Assembly: GCA_025201805.1 (NCBI GenBank)
Contig: MU619367.1
Location: forward strand, 5,126 to 69,125
Length of the DNA: 64,000 bases
Direction: 5' to 3'
Source: Parasitella parasitica NRRL 2501
Taxonomy: Eukaryota > Fungi > Mucoromycota
Shown here: one piece after another, positions 38,200-50,186 of the stretch
Numbering within the stretch: the stretch's first letter is position 1
Layout: the number at the start of each line of letters is the position of its first letter
Position numbers and translations under genes: made by a program
Notes under the pieces: generated by a model
Database searches by the model: none
Seen by the model: only the letters and a program-made list of their open reading frames with translations
Told to the model about the DNA's origin: nothing

Positions 38200-40713
38200 T
38201 TAAAAGTAGTCCAGATCGAGCTCGATTGTGCATGGCTCGCTCTTGATGCTTTCGTTCGAGGAGCATTTCGACCCCATGTCATCGTTATGGCTACCTGCTG
38301 CTGTGGGTGCTGGCTTGTATGAAAATATGCTCCATCCGCCGTCTGCGTTCGGGTCGTCCATCAAGGCCTCGTCAACCATAGCTTGGTATACCATTTCGTT
38401 GTGTCCAATTTTATGCGCATTCAAAAATTGCAGCATATCCTTTTCCAGCTGGCTTTCATCAAACGATCGTCTCGTTGGTGTTGTTTGATACAAGCGCAGT
38501 AGTAAAACGAGACATGCCCTACTGACGTACACAAGCGCCGGCGATCTTCCGTATTCGGACACGTTGGACTATTCCATGTGTAAATAAAAAGTTAGTGAGA
38601 TCCAAAAATGACAGGCGAAAAGAACAGCTTACACTAAACATATGCTTTGCGCTCATAAAGTGGTATAGATACGGCCGAAAGAAACAATCAAACTTTTCCT
38701 CTGATTCGGATGATGACTTGAACCAGCTCTGAAACAGCTGCAGAATAGCCACTGCAGCCTGAGATGTGTGCAGAATCGCTTCATTTTCGTCAGGCGTCAA
38801 TGCCCGTTCACCCTGGTGGTTTGCTGAGGGCAGCAATGCTCTGTACATGGTAATCCAACATTGACAGTAGTCCAGCAAGATGCAGAAATAGTTGCGTCTC
38901 TTCCACACCGATGCATCTGGCGGCAACGCTACTTGGTTTTGATTGCCAAATTGCAAGTGCTTGGGCAAAGAGTGGTAGTGTTGCAACAGCTTTTCTCTGA
39001 AATGGTTGACTAGAGCTCTAGGGCGCATTCTGCGAGATTCCTCAGAAATAGAGCCTGCTAATTTTCGTATTTGGATCAGGCTGATAGCGAACGTTGCTTG
39101 GTCTAGCTCAACAGTGTTGAATTCCGGCAGTAGTGTGGGCAGTTCAATCGAGACTTGATGCAGCTTAATGGTAGATAGCTGGTCGTGGAAGAGATGCGAG
39201 ACCATGCTGTCGTAAAACCACACTGTCCAGAATATTCGCTTTGACTGTTCCCTCTCAAACGGTGATTTGCAAGACAGGTAGCCTTCAGGACGATGCAAGT
39301 TCAGCATAAAGCACATGCGAATGGCAATACCAATATGCAGAAACGCCCGTCTCACCCTCCCCAAGTCCAAATCATAGGTGATAAGTAATGTACGCTGGTG
39401 AATGTTAGAGAGGTTCGCTGGCTCGTCGATGCCAAGCAAGTCGTGTGAGTGGTTATAAAACCTGTTTCCCAGCTCCCGAAAGTTCTGTATCTGCGTGAGG
39501 TGGGGATGGTAAATGCAGCAGTGAGGTACAGAGTGTGAGAACACAGAGGACAGGACCAAAGGCTTCAGCTGCCCTTGTCGGTAGTGGTTTTCAAAGCGGG
39601 AGGGGCTCACAAGCGTTGGAAATCCACATTTGTGATGCTGATGGATTATGCGGGTCTTGACGTCCGTCGATAGATACTGCTCATCGCTTGTGCCGCCGGA
39701 CGTCTCGGCCGAGCTTTTGCTGCCAAACGACTTGGTGTAGCGATTCAGGCTTTCAAATAAAGTAAAGGTATGCTCTTTCTGGTCCAATTCGTCTGCGTAA
39801 TTGGTAATCGAGGGTCTTTTGTTGAATAAAGATGGGGTATTATGCAGCGAATTCAAACATATGTCGACTCGGGAAATGTAGTTCAACTGCTGTGGAAGTG
39901 CATTTGGCTGTTTGTACAACGGGTTTCCTTTGGTGTCGTAGATTGTTTTCACAGTGTTCCGCAGTGTCTCACTGAGATCTTCAAAATTCTTGATTGTCGT
40001 AAAAATAGACTTTATGCCGTCCGTGTTTTCGATCACTGGCCAGCCGGTTCCAATCGCCCAGTCGTACACACTAGGGCCGTCATAGTCTTTGCTATTTTCC
40101 AGCACCCGAGGTATGATAGTGTTTGTTGGCTGTGAACTTGGGTGAGGAGGCTGTTGTAGTTGTGCTACATGGTGTTGCACGGGTGGCTGTATCATTCTGG
40201 GTATAGTCGACCGATAATCTTGCTCAAGGGAAGTGACAAACGAGGTGAGCCAGCCTACTTGATTCTCTAGTTCATCCAGCCTCTGCCGCATTGACACATT
40301 GTCCAGGCGAAGTGCGTGATTGCTGTACTGGCAGTTGTGTCTGTCTTTACATTGGCCGCATATAGGCTTTCCTCTATCACAGCCGACTCGTCTTTCACGA
40401 CATCTAAAAAGCATGGTTTAGTAAAGATTTTAATATAAACAACATGTATCGTACTTGTCACATGCATAGCCTACATGCTGTCTCTTTTTCTTTTTAGGCT
40501 GAGGTTCGTCTTGTTGCTGCTGTGATGGTGGCTGTGATGGTGGCTGTGATGGTTGCGGTGGTTGCGGTAGCTCTTGAGGGATTGCTCTTTGTAGCTGCTG
40601 CTGCTGTTGCTGCTGCTGCTGATTGTTGTGTGTGTTCAAAGTCATAACTGATGAAGAAGAGGATGAAGTATCGAATGGACTGGACGCACGCTGCTGATGT
40701 TGATAGTGATGTG

Positions 40714-40747
<34 letters not shown>

Positions 40748-40813
40748 ATTTGAATATTGAATATAAACAAAAGGACGGACCTGTTTTTGCATCGAAATAT
40801 CATCAAAATACAT
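38200..40813 (-). CDS. Zn(II)2Cys6 transcription factor with fungal TF middle homology region (3 exons)
   Basis: ACDK-CRERRVGCDRGKPICGQC..C cluster; GIAIRMCFMLNLHR, EQSKRIFWTVWFYD; poly-S/Q N-terminus; ATG at 40813 (the ORF track start is a TTG). Confidence 0.9.
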
Positions 40814-41313
40814 GGACAATTCTATTTACACACTATTTAACACAAAATTAAAAGGAAACAAAGAAAGGAAAAAAGCTTTTTTCTTGTACATGAAAGAATA
40901 CATGTTTCTGTGTAACGAGTAATTATGTTACAGCAAAGCTTGTGTGCTTCGAGGTCTGCTGGTCATCCCTTTTGCTCGTGGTTTGCAAGCAGCAAATGAC
41001 GCAAGAGTGCTTTATTGGGAGGAATACACCATAATTGCGAATGAACAAACACTGCTCCAACTTGGCATATGCGAAAGATTGACACCTTTACTAAAGACCA
41101 GCATGTATCCCTGTGGTGACACACACCTTTGATTTGGAGTGGTCATTGTTCCTCTCTAGTACCCAAGAGCTATGACCATGTTTTAATATCAGACATGTAC
41201 GCTAATGTATCATACACATCAATATACATAAAAAGGTTGGGCTTCAAAATAGAACAAACAAAAGTGAATAGAAGCAGAGTGGCCTTATTGCCAAAAGAAC
41301 AGCAGCTTTCAAC

Positions 41314-41526
41314 ATGGTTCAACTCTATCTATCCCCAAAGCATACATATTCATTTCCAATCGAGCACAATTATAACTTTAACTCAAACTCTATTAATAAC
41401 ACTAATGTCTCTTTTCTGCACAACAAACATTATAGCTATGAAGAGGCTTTTATCGCTTTGGCTGCAATCGCAAGATATTTCAAGCGGGTCAAGAGCACCA
41501 AAGCTAATGAAGTCAGCATACTCTAA
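41314..41526 (+). CDS. Possible small orphan protein (70 aa)
   Basis: Good start context ttcaacATGG, TATA-like cataaaaagg ~85 bp upstream, amphipathic YEEAFIALAAIARYF; no recognised family. Confidence 0.3.
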   Translation: MVQLYLSPKHTYSFPIEHNYNFNSNSINNTNVSFLHNKHYSYEEAFIALAAIARYFKRVKSTKANEVSIL

Positions 41527-42125
41527 GCTACGCAACTCCTAGCATTATGTGAGAGAATACCTGTAAAATAATAGTACATGCAAAATAATGCCTGATAATT
41601 CCAAACTATTGCTTATAATCTGTTGATTACGCAAGGAGACAATAGTTGTATTCAATCAATACAAAATGCCAAGCGAACTATTCCACCTTCAAACGTAATT
41701 CGTCATCCATAAAAGAGCAGAACAAGAGCCCATTACTATAGAATCCCAGATTAGCTAATGATAATAAATCCTCATGCAATAAATGTGTTACCTTATGCTT
41801 GAAGTATGTATCAGATGGCATTGACGAAAGAGCAATTATATAATGCATTTATATAACTGATGTGGGTTGTGTGATTCATTCAACAAGTTGTAGCCAAAAT
41901 CTTCAGCTTTTGCACATAACTTTTGATACTCAACATCAACCATTATAATGGTAACAAGTATAAAGCATTTGTTATTTTATTTATTACAGAGATGTATAGG
42001 TATTTATATACAACCCATTGGCTTGGTGCTATATCAACTGAGCTTGTTCACTATCATTTGAAAAGGTAACAATCTTGATGAAACAAATGTAATTCCTTTT
42101 ATGCACTCTATTCTATTGGTATTAG

Positions 42126-42939
42126 CTATGATGGCGTCTTAATAGCAGCAGCCTCCTCATCTACAGCAGGCATTTCACTAGCCCAACTCTCTACAGTAAT
42201 TAAAAACAACACTAGAGAATATATCTTGGTGTGTTTTACTACTGGATCGCTGCTTACGCTTTTTGAGGGTGATTTGGCGCGAAAGCTGAAGGAAAACGGG
42301 ATATTAAGGATACCAAGCAATACCATTGTCATTACTGCACTTGTCTCCAACACATATAGATTCTGCTTGCTCTCACTGTCTATATTTTTAACGAAATAAA
42401 AAAAACATGCTTATGGAAGGCCAAAAATCAAATGTTTGACTTACAGTAACTAGCATAGTCGGCTTTCAAGTAAAATCCAGTGGTTCCGACCCTGAAAAAA
42501 AATGCAAACAGTTCCAATATCATAAGAGTTAGTGAGAATTGAGTAGCGATTATGTTTGGTCTATCAGATGTTGAAGTTTTGGAACGACCGCATAAGCAAG
42601 ATAATCCCATGGGAGCTACTACTACTGAAAGGATGATTGCCTCCTGTATACATAAATGTCTGAATAAGTATTCAATTGGAGATGTATTTAGTGTTGTGTC
42701 TATATTTACTTGAGCCATTACGATAGAAGGATAGTTTCCTTGCTTTAAAAATCCATCAATAGCCACTATTTACCAATCGCTTTAGTATTACTTGTTTGGA
42801 TGCACTTTACACTGATAATACTCTTACTTGCCGATAATACAAGACTCGTAAAACAGCCAAACAGAACGCCCAAGCTAGTGACAATGACAAAAAGAGGGTT
42901 TTTCCATGGCAAGTATTTAATGCTGATGAATTTGGGCAT
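42126..42939 (-). CDS. Uncharacterised four-TM membrane protein (3 exons)
   Basis: Three ORF-track pieces join in frame via GT-AG introns (GCA A|TG GCT; T|AC AGT), giving four hydrophobic segments. Confidence 0.6.
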
Positions 42940-43801
42940 GATTATTTCAAAGCTATATGAAAAGTAGCTATTAAAACACAATTGATGTTCTGAAAAGCAT
43001 GCTTTTTATAACAACCGTGTTAAATGACAAAGAAATCAGATCTGAAACTAGAAAATAAAAATAATGGTCAAAAACCATAGAGATCAGTAAACCTAACTTT
43101 TTACAATGATTGTGTTTTCATCTAAATCTATAAATGGTAGTGCTTGCCTGGTAAGCAGCAGAATTTTCACTATTGACGGAGATTGTAACGATTAAACAAT
43201 GATTCAACATATGGCATATTATGGTTGATTGTGAGCGTTAATTATCTTGCCATTGCCTTCGCCTGCTGCCTGCCGGTTTTGCAACCATTTCTGTCGCCTG
43301 AATAAATAAACATACACTCTTCTCGTCAATGCTATGCAAGGAACCACATCGATAAGCTTGAGCTTATTTGAGATGATGTCAAGGAGCACAATTTAAAATG
43401 AAAAACGTTTCCTGGTTTATTGCGCACGAGCAATCAATGAACCCTGGATTAAAAGTAGAGCCGTAAAATTGTAATTAACTCATCGATAATCAATTTATTT
43501 ATTTACTCTTTTTGTGAGTCCAGCAACAACATTATCATAGTCGTCTCTGGCCATTCTCCGTTGTACATGCTCTCAAATGTGTACATTTAAGTATCAGTTC
43601 TCTCCTGCTCAACCTGTTGCTTATTTTCCTTGATAATGTGATACACCCTTATTAATTAGGATTTGAGTTTCATCCACCTCTAATGTTGATTAATATGTTT
43701 GTTTGTTTTAGAATGTTTGCTATTACATGAAATGCTCTCACTTTTACATTCATACATAAACACCATATTAAAACCCCTGTTGCATCAAGATGAAGTATTT
43801 A

Positions 43802-44950
43802 TTATGTATCGTTAAATTTTAACGAATTTGACGGAACCAATTTGAGTTGACATGGTTCCGTTGAAGGGGGCAGTGATGATGTGGGAATGTCTGAAAATAA
43901 CGATAAAATTCTCTCTTTTTCTGTGTTCCAGTGTGCTGAGCATAATCTGTATTCAACAGGAATCCACGATTCATCTTGCCGTTGTACAATACGATAGCGA
44001 ACTATAAAAGATTGGAAATAAGGGCCTCCGCAAGAGGAGCATGCTTTAGGCCGTGACAAGTAGTAGATGATATGGTTGGGTAACTGCTGAAAAGTCTTGT
44101 AGCGCTGCTTTTGCAACTCCTTTAACTCTCGTTTTTTCTTTTTCTTCGCCATAATGTCGTATAGAATCGGCTGTATGATTTGCCTGGCACAGATTTCAAC
44201 CAGGCTAAATGGGTTATGTGCCGTTCTTTGTTGCAATTCAATAGATTGATCCAATAATCGAGGACAATGATCTGTCTTGATAACCGTCATAAACAAGTTG
44301 AGCAACTCTGCTGGAATAGAGCTTATCTCTGTGTTGGACAGATCAAGAAAGTTGAGGTTGTGCAATCGAGCGATGTTTGCAGAGACTCGAGTGATTGGAT
44401 TGTAAGATACATCGAAATGAGTTAAGCTGGTCAATGAGTATATACTTGCTGGCAGATGATGGATATTGTTGTGGGATAAGTTCAAAAGCTTCAGGTTTCT
44501 CAATTGATCAATATTTGATGGTATTTTCAATAGTTTGTTGTGAGAAAGATCAAGTATAGTTAATCTGGTTAATAAAGCAACTTGAGTAGGAAGTGCAAAT
44601 AGTCCAATATTGCGACTATTGTTTTTTTTGTTTTTTTTTTTTAAAGTTAGTAATACCATCCGTTTGAATGCACAAAATATTTACAGATCAAGCCTTGAGA
44701 CAGATGTGACCAAGCCAATGGTTTTATTCAGCACAATGGTGTGTACACTGGTTTGGTGTTTTTCGTTATGCTGTTTCTCATCTGAATTGAGCAACATTGG
44801 CAAATAAGGCTCCTGGTTCTGCGTCTGATTCGAGTAGTAAGTCTTATCCACGTAGCTTAAATCATGATCCAGAGCAGTAGGCGAAAATAAACAATGCATT
44901 GGAAAATGGTCCAATGACCGTATTGTTCGAAGAGTAAAATTACTACTCAT
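43802..44950 (-). CDS. Leucine-rich repeat protein, LRRC58-like (2 exons)
   Basis: LxxLxLSHNxL repeats, then SLVEICARQI box, LPNHIIYYL, CSSCGGPYF and PVEYRLCSAH. Confidence 0.75.
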
Positions 44951-45046
44951 ATGATGATTTAAAGTATTGTATTAAAAGAGGAATAAGTGATAAATTTATA
45001 TATAAGAAGGTATAAAACAAAAAAAAACAATCAACAAATGTTTGTT

Positions 45047-45622
45047 TTACAAAGCACTCTCGGACCATTTCATATCATCTTTCCATTTGCTTATAACATC
45101 AATATTGATAGCTCGACCAAACCTAAACGCGTTTTTTAATAGCAATAAACGAGCCTGTGGGTCAATCCCTCTCAAGAATCCAATTTTTCCTTCTCCTGAT
45201 TCGTGCTTGAAAGCAACTGTGCCAATAATGTGTCCTTGCTTGGTCATGATCCATACATTGCTTTTTTCGCTCTTGCGAATAGCAGCCAACTCATCCGTCA
45301 TTTGCTGGCAATTTTTATTCAATGCTGCCTCATATTCCTGTCCGATAATTTTGAACCAAAACACGCCTAATCCTGCGCTCCATAATAGTAATTCGACCAT
45401 TAGCAATGCTGTATGCTTGACAGAAAATATCGAGTATTGCGAGAGGTGAATGCCTAATATACCAACAAGTCCTGCTTGCAACGTTCTCTTGGCACTGGAT
45501 CTTTGTCGAAGAGTATGTAACACTTGGCTGGTTCTCTTTTTACTTTCCATGTCAAGGTAGAATCGCTTTAATTCATGCTGGTCTTTTGATTCATATTCAC
45601 GAATCTCTGTGTCTTTATCCAT
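45047..45622 (-). CDS. NAT8/camello-like membrane GNAT-fold protein
   Basis: IREYESKD start, two TM segments, NVWIM..GHIIGTVA strand; acetyl-CoA motif A appears degenerate. Confidence 0.6.
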   Translation of the reverse strand: MDKDTEIREYESKDQHELKRFYLDMESKKRTSQVLHTLRQRSSAKRTLQAGLVGILGIHLSQYSIFSVKHTALLMVELLLWSAGLGVFWFKIIGQEYEAALNKNCQQMTDELAAIRKSEKSNVWIMTKQGHIIGTVAFKHESGEGKIGFLRGIDPQARLLLLKNAFRFGRAINIDVISKWKDDMKWSESAL

Positions 45623-46853
45623 GATTGCCGATGAAAAAAAGAAGAAGAGAGAAAAAAAAAATTGCAATAAAGAATACAAGAGGCTTTATGAAAGGATTTG
45701 CAGTTGCCTTCAGAGTCACACGCACGAGCTCTCACCACCCTCACACACTCAACATCCAAACCATTGTCTGTGTCGAATTACCGTCACCAGATACTGTATT
45801 AAAGTGATCGACACTTTTAACCCAGGAACAGCATTTTTGATCATGCGAAAAATGCATGACTCCATATTTTTTTTTTCTCCTCGGTGTCTTGTTTCCAAAT
45901 CTAAAAGAAAATACGTATGAAGGCTTCAGATAACAATTTATCGAATATACACTGTTTATTTTACAAACAAACAAACAAACAAACATACAAATATTGAGAC
46001 AGTGTCTGGTTTGAAATTAAAACAGATCACATTGACCATATAATGATATGAAAACGTTGCATTCTGTACATGTCGCATTTGATCTGTGCCCTTCATTGCC
46101 TTGCGTTACTGACCTCTAAAAGGCAAAAGCCTAAACTGCAAACTTTGATATAGTTGATAGCAATGTGATAGCCTTTTATTCATGCGGTCAGTTATGCTCA
46201 TGTACAAAGTGAAAGATTGATAGTCATCTCAACTCGTAAAACTAGATTTGGGTAATATGTGATATTTTTATTTGAAAACTTATAGCTGCAAAATGAGTAT
46301 GGATATATGAACAATCGATGCCGGTATGTAGTACCATTGAATTTGAAGCATATGCTTTATCTCATAATGAAAGCATAAGCAGAAACCATATTGCTCAAAG
46401 CAATCAAGTTGGTTTCTTGTTTAAAATGCCGTTTTATAAAAGTAGGGAAACAACTAGAACTGACTTATTGTGAAGTATAAATTGACAAGCTCTCCATTAA
46501 ATTCACTGTCGACATCTTCATCATCATCATCAAATACAGCAGCACCTTGTTAATCGGGGTTTGTACCTGTTCTTTCTCCAATTTTTTCTATTCTTAGCGA
46601 TATGCCGTAGATACCAATGTAAAGCTATCATCTTCATCATAGTGATGCCTCCTTGAGGATGGAGATCAATTATCACCATGCTGTTTTGTAGTTAGCTCCA
46701 GGGACACTCAACATTTATGTTCTAGCCCTTGAGTATAGTCTTAGTTTATATGTCTAGGTAAAAGTAATCATGAAGCTTATTTTTTCTTTTATTATTCGAG
46801 ACATTCAAGCCAAATAACATTTCATCAAGAGAGGAAGGAAAAAAAAAGACACT

Positions 46854-48058
46854 CTAGAACAAGGTGAAGCCCAATAGAATAGTCATAATTAAACATCCAA
46901 ATGATGATCTAGGTGCAATACTTGAAGCGTTTGATTCTTGATTCACTTCTGTGCCGGGTAAGAGATGTCTATTCATAATATCTAGTAAGTATTGTCATGT
47001 AGTATTAGCAAAAACTGTAAATGCAGTAAAATAAATGCATCTGATTTACCAGAAATTTGACATGGCGTCTTTGATTTACTGCATGATGGAGGAGAATTGC
47101 TTTCGGAGGAATTGAAAAACAAGTTAAGGTGTGAAACCTTCAAATCTGCGTTTTCAGAAGGGGGGCCGCCACTGAAATAAGGGTTCCCGTCAGTCCAATG
47201 GTTCAAAAGAATTCTGCCTGGAGAATCAGGGACGTTGGTCGTCATCTCACGTACAAAGGTGCCATCAATGTAGAATTTAACTGCATTAGGCAACCAGTCA
47301 AATCTGTATTCGTGGTAATCCTAAATATTCAAATGTTTTGTAACAGGGTACATGGTTAAGGCTGCTGTGTAGGTTTTACCTCAGTTGGATTGAACGCTAG
47401 ATCATGCTTTTCATTTGTTAGTGGAGACGCAGCGCCGTGGTCGTATATTTGGGGTTGGATAGCAAAATAAGTCTTGTATGGATCATGAAAACGGCTAAGT
47501 GATTCCATATCGATTTCGCTAGTATCATTGCGATAAAAGAAGAAAGCAGCTACAGTACCCGCAACATTGCTTGTCTTCATACGAGCGCGATAGGTACCAT
47601 ATAAAAAGTCGCTCCTGAAAGAAGCATTGGGGTTAGCTTTGAAATAATGCATATTTAGCAATATTCTACCTTTTTGTTCCAATTGCCGCAGACGTGTATT
47701 TGCCATCGCTGTTTTGCTTGACAGATAGAGTAATACCGCCTTCGTGTGTCAATTTAACATTGCTGGGTGAAAATACGCGCGCAAGAGTATCCTTATGTTT
47801 TGCTCCTACTGTGTAGTCCATGACAAGGTAGTGTGGGTCATATTGTAAACTTGATTTATACAGGCCATAGTCGGCATACCAGATGTCTGTCCAAATATTG
47901 TGATTTTCGTCTTCAAATCCACAATCACAAACGACAGCTTCGCTCAGATTAATTGTTTTTTGCTTTGATGTTGGATCTGTGTTGTCATTTTGAGGTTTTT
48001 GCCCATGACTAATATGGCAAAAAACTGCCACTACTAATAAAATTGGCCAAATGTGCAT
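46854..48058 (-). CDS. GH16 glycoside hydrolase/transglycosylase, probably GPI-anchored (4 exons)
   Basis: Signal peptide; FLYGTYRARMK, GTVAAFFFY, SEIDMES catalytic ExDxE, YHEYRFDW, NHWTDGN; hydrophobic C-terminus. Confidence 0.9.
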
Positions 48059-49074
48059 TCTTTTTTGACTCAATTCCTCGAATATGTGAAGGAAAAAGAA
48101 GGAAATATATGATAAACTTGCACATTTTAAAGAACATACCGAGTTCTTTTTCGTATGGTCTAAAAACAAACAAACCTTCAAGATTGAAATTTGTCCTGCT
48201 GATAATGCTTGGTTAATTCATATTTAGAAATGATTTACAGGATTGCCATCATACGCTAAAGATATATAGCAGACTTTGTCTTTGGCATCTATCTAGTGCC
48301 ATGATCCTTACGGAGCAATAATTTAAAGTCATTTGATCATTATCCTCCTGTATTGACAACATATTACATATCTAGAAAAACAATATATCAATAACAAACA
48401 AACAGCTGTTTGTGCACATATACCATGGTCAAATAAGCTTCAAGTAGTAAACAATAATACAGAAAACATGTCTGGAAATAAGGTAGCATGTGATTGTACT
48501 TTTATTGGCTTTATTCTAAAAGTCTTTATTCTTTTAGAGCATCTCCAACGGAGATGCTAATTTTACAAAATTTCCAAAAGAAAATTGGTGAGAGGATAAT
48601 ACTTTCTTTTTTTTTTTTAGACAATTTTACTCGCCTGTAATGGTGTATAGGATAAACCGAATACCCACGGCGTATCAAAGAGTAATATCAATGACACACA
48701 ATGCTTGCAATTATTCTTTTGATCCAGAACGCTGGAATGGTGAAAGACGAGCGTCATTGTTTCTTACTGCATAAAAAAATATGTTGACACTGTAATACAG
48801 AATGTACTCTTCGCTTTGCTGATCGTTGCACAACGTTTTCAACATTTCTTTTTTTGCAGTTGTTGCAGACTTGACTGGTGAGGTATTCGTCTAGGCTACT
48901 GAGAAAAAGTGGGTGCTAGAAAAGGGGGATAATAGATGGTCCTGTGGATAATAAATATTCCGAGTGGTTATGGGGGGTACTGAAATAATTTATGCAAAAA
49001 CATTATCGTTTCATGATCTGACAAGTCTTTTTATTCAAAAGCTTCGAAAATATACATAATTTATTATTAAAGTT

Positions 49075-50186
49075 TTATTCAATTTTTTTATAACAAACGT
49101 ACACGGTATTCTCTGTATACTTTGAGATTTTTGCCGCTCTTTCATGATCAAATGTAATTGGAATAATGGCTTCGTCAATATTATCAATCTTTACGAGACA
49201 CAGTCTACCGGAAATCATCTTATAGCAAACTGTATGAAAATGGCTACCTGTAGCTGTAGCTGAATAAACTCGTGCATGCAGACAATATGTGGCAGATTCA
49301 TGGAGTCCATTTCCAAACGATATTTTGAAAGTCTTGGGGAAGTATACATTGCCTTTGTTTTCACGAATTAAGCTGAAGTTGCACATGTCCATCATGAAAA
49401 GAAATCGAGTAATGTAGCAAATTTGTTCTTTCTAGTCATTTTGCTTTTACAAATGTCGTCGTAGTCGCATCGCTTTTCTTCTACCGCATAAATATATCTT
49501 TGAAGAAATATTTCAGAAAACTTCTCTTCCAATTTAGCTTCATTATGATAGCTATTTGCAGACAAGCTTTGGTAAAGATCCAACCATACGCCAATAAGTC
49601 TGGCTGGTTGAATAACATCAGTATAATTGTAACCAGCATTGCACTTCTTGTTCGAAAAAATTGTACCAGGATCTACACTTATCATAGTTGCTAGCTCAGG
49701 AGACAACTCATTCATGATCTTCCGAAAAACAGAAGCACAGCAAGCTTGCTCTCCTTTTCGAAACAGTAGATTTCTTTTGGCGTCTTTCAGACTCCAAACA
49801 AAGTTTCTTGCCATCAAAGTTGCCTGGTCTGTCGAATCCTTCTTTTGTTCGCGATACAATTTAAATGAATCCAGTAGACATTTATCATATGGATTTTTTG
49901 AGGAATGGACGTGGTACCCTGAGAGATCAACGAACGGAAGTACGGCATTCCAGAGAAGCTCCAGGTTAGCGTCAATGAAGCAGGCATTTTGTGAGTTAAC
50001 CTTAATATACGAGTAGAATTTGGGCTGCTCACAGATGGAAACCATTGGAGTGAAATTAACCTGAGACACTAGTGACCTATAATCCATTAGTGGCGGTTCA
50101 GATTCTTCAAAAAGAGTGTTGACAGCCCTTTTAGGAGGTATCTTCAACTGTTTTTCAGAAGACTCCAATAAGAATTCTATATCCAA
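49075..50186 (-). pseudogene. Frameshifted USP (peptidase C19)-like cysteine protease domain at the 3' end of a decayed element
   Basis: Cys box NSQNACFIDANLELL, GEQACCA, His box YCLHARVYS..GSHF, KIDN; two ORFs joined by a 1-nt shift in a T-run at ~49395; upstream 50200-51800 is stop-riddled coding-like sequence. Confidence 0.6.
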
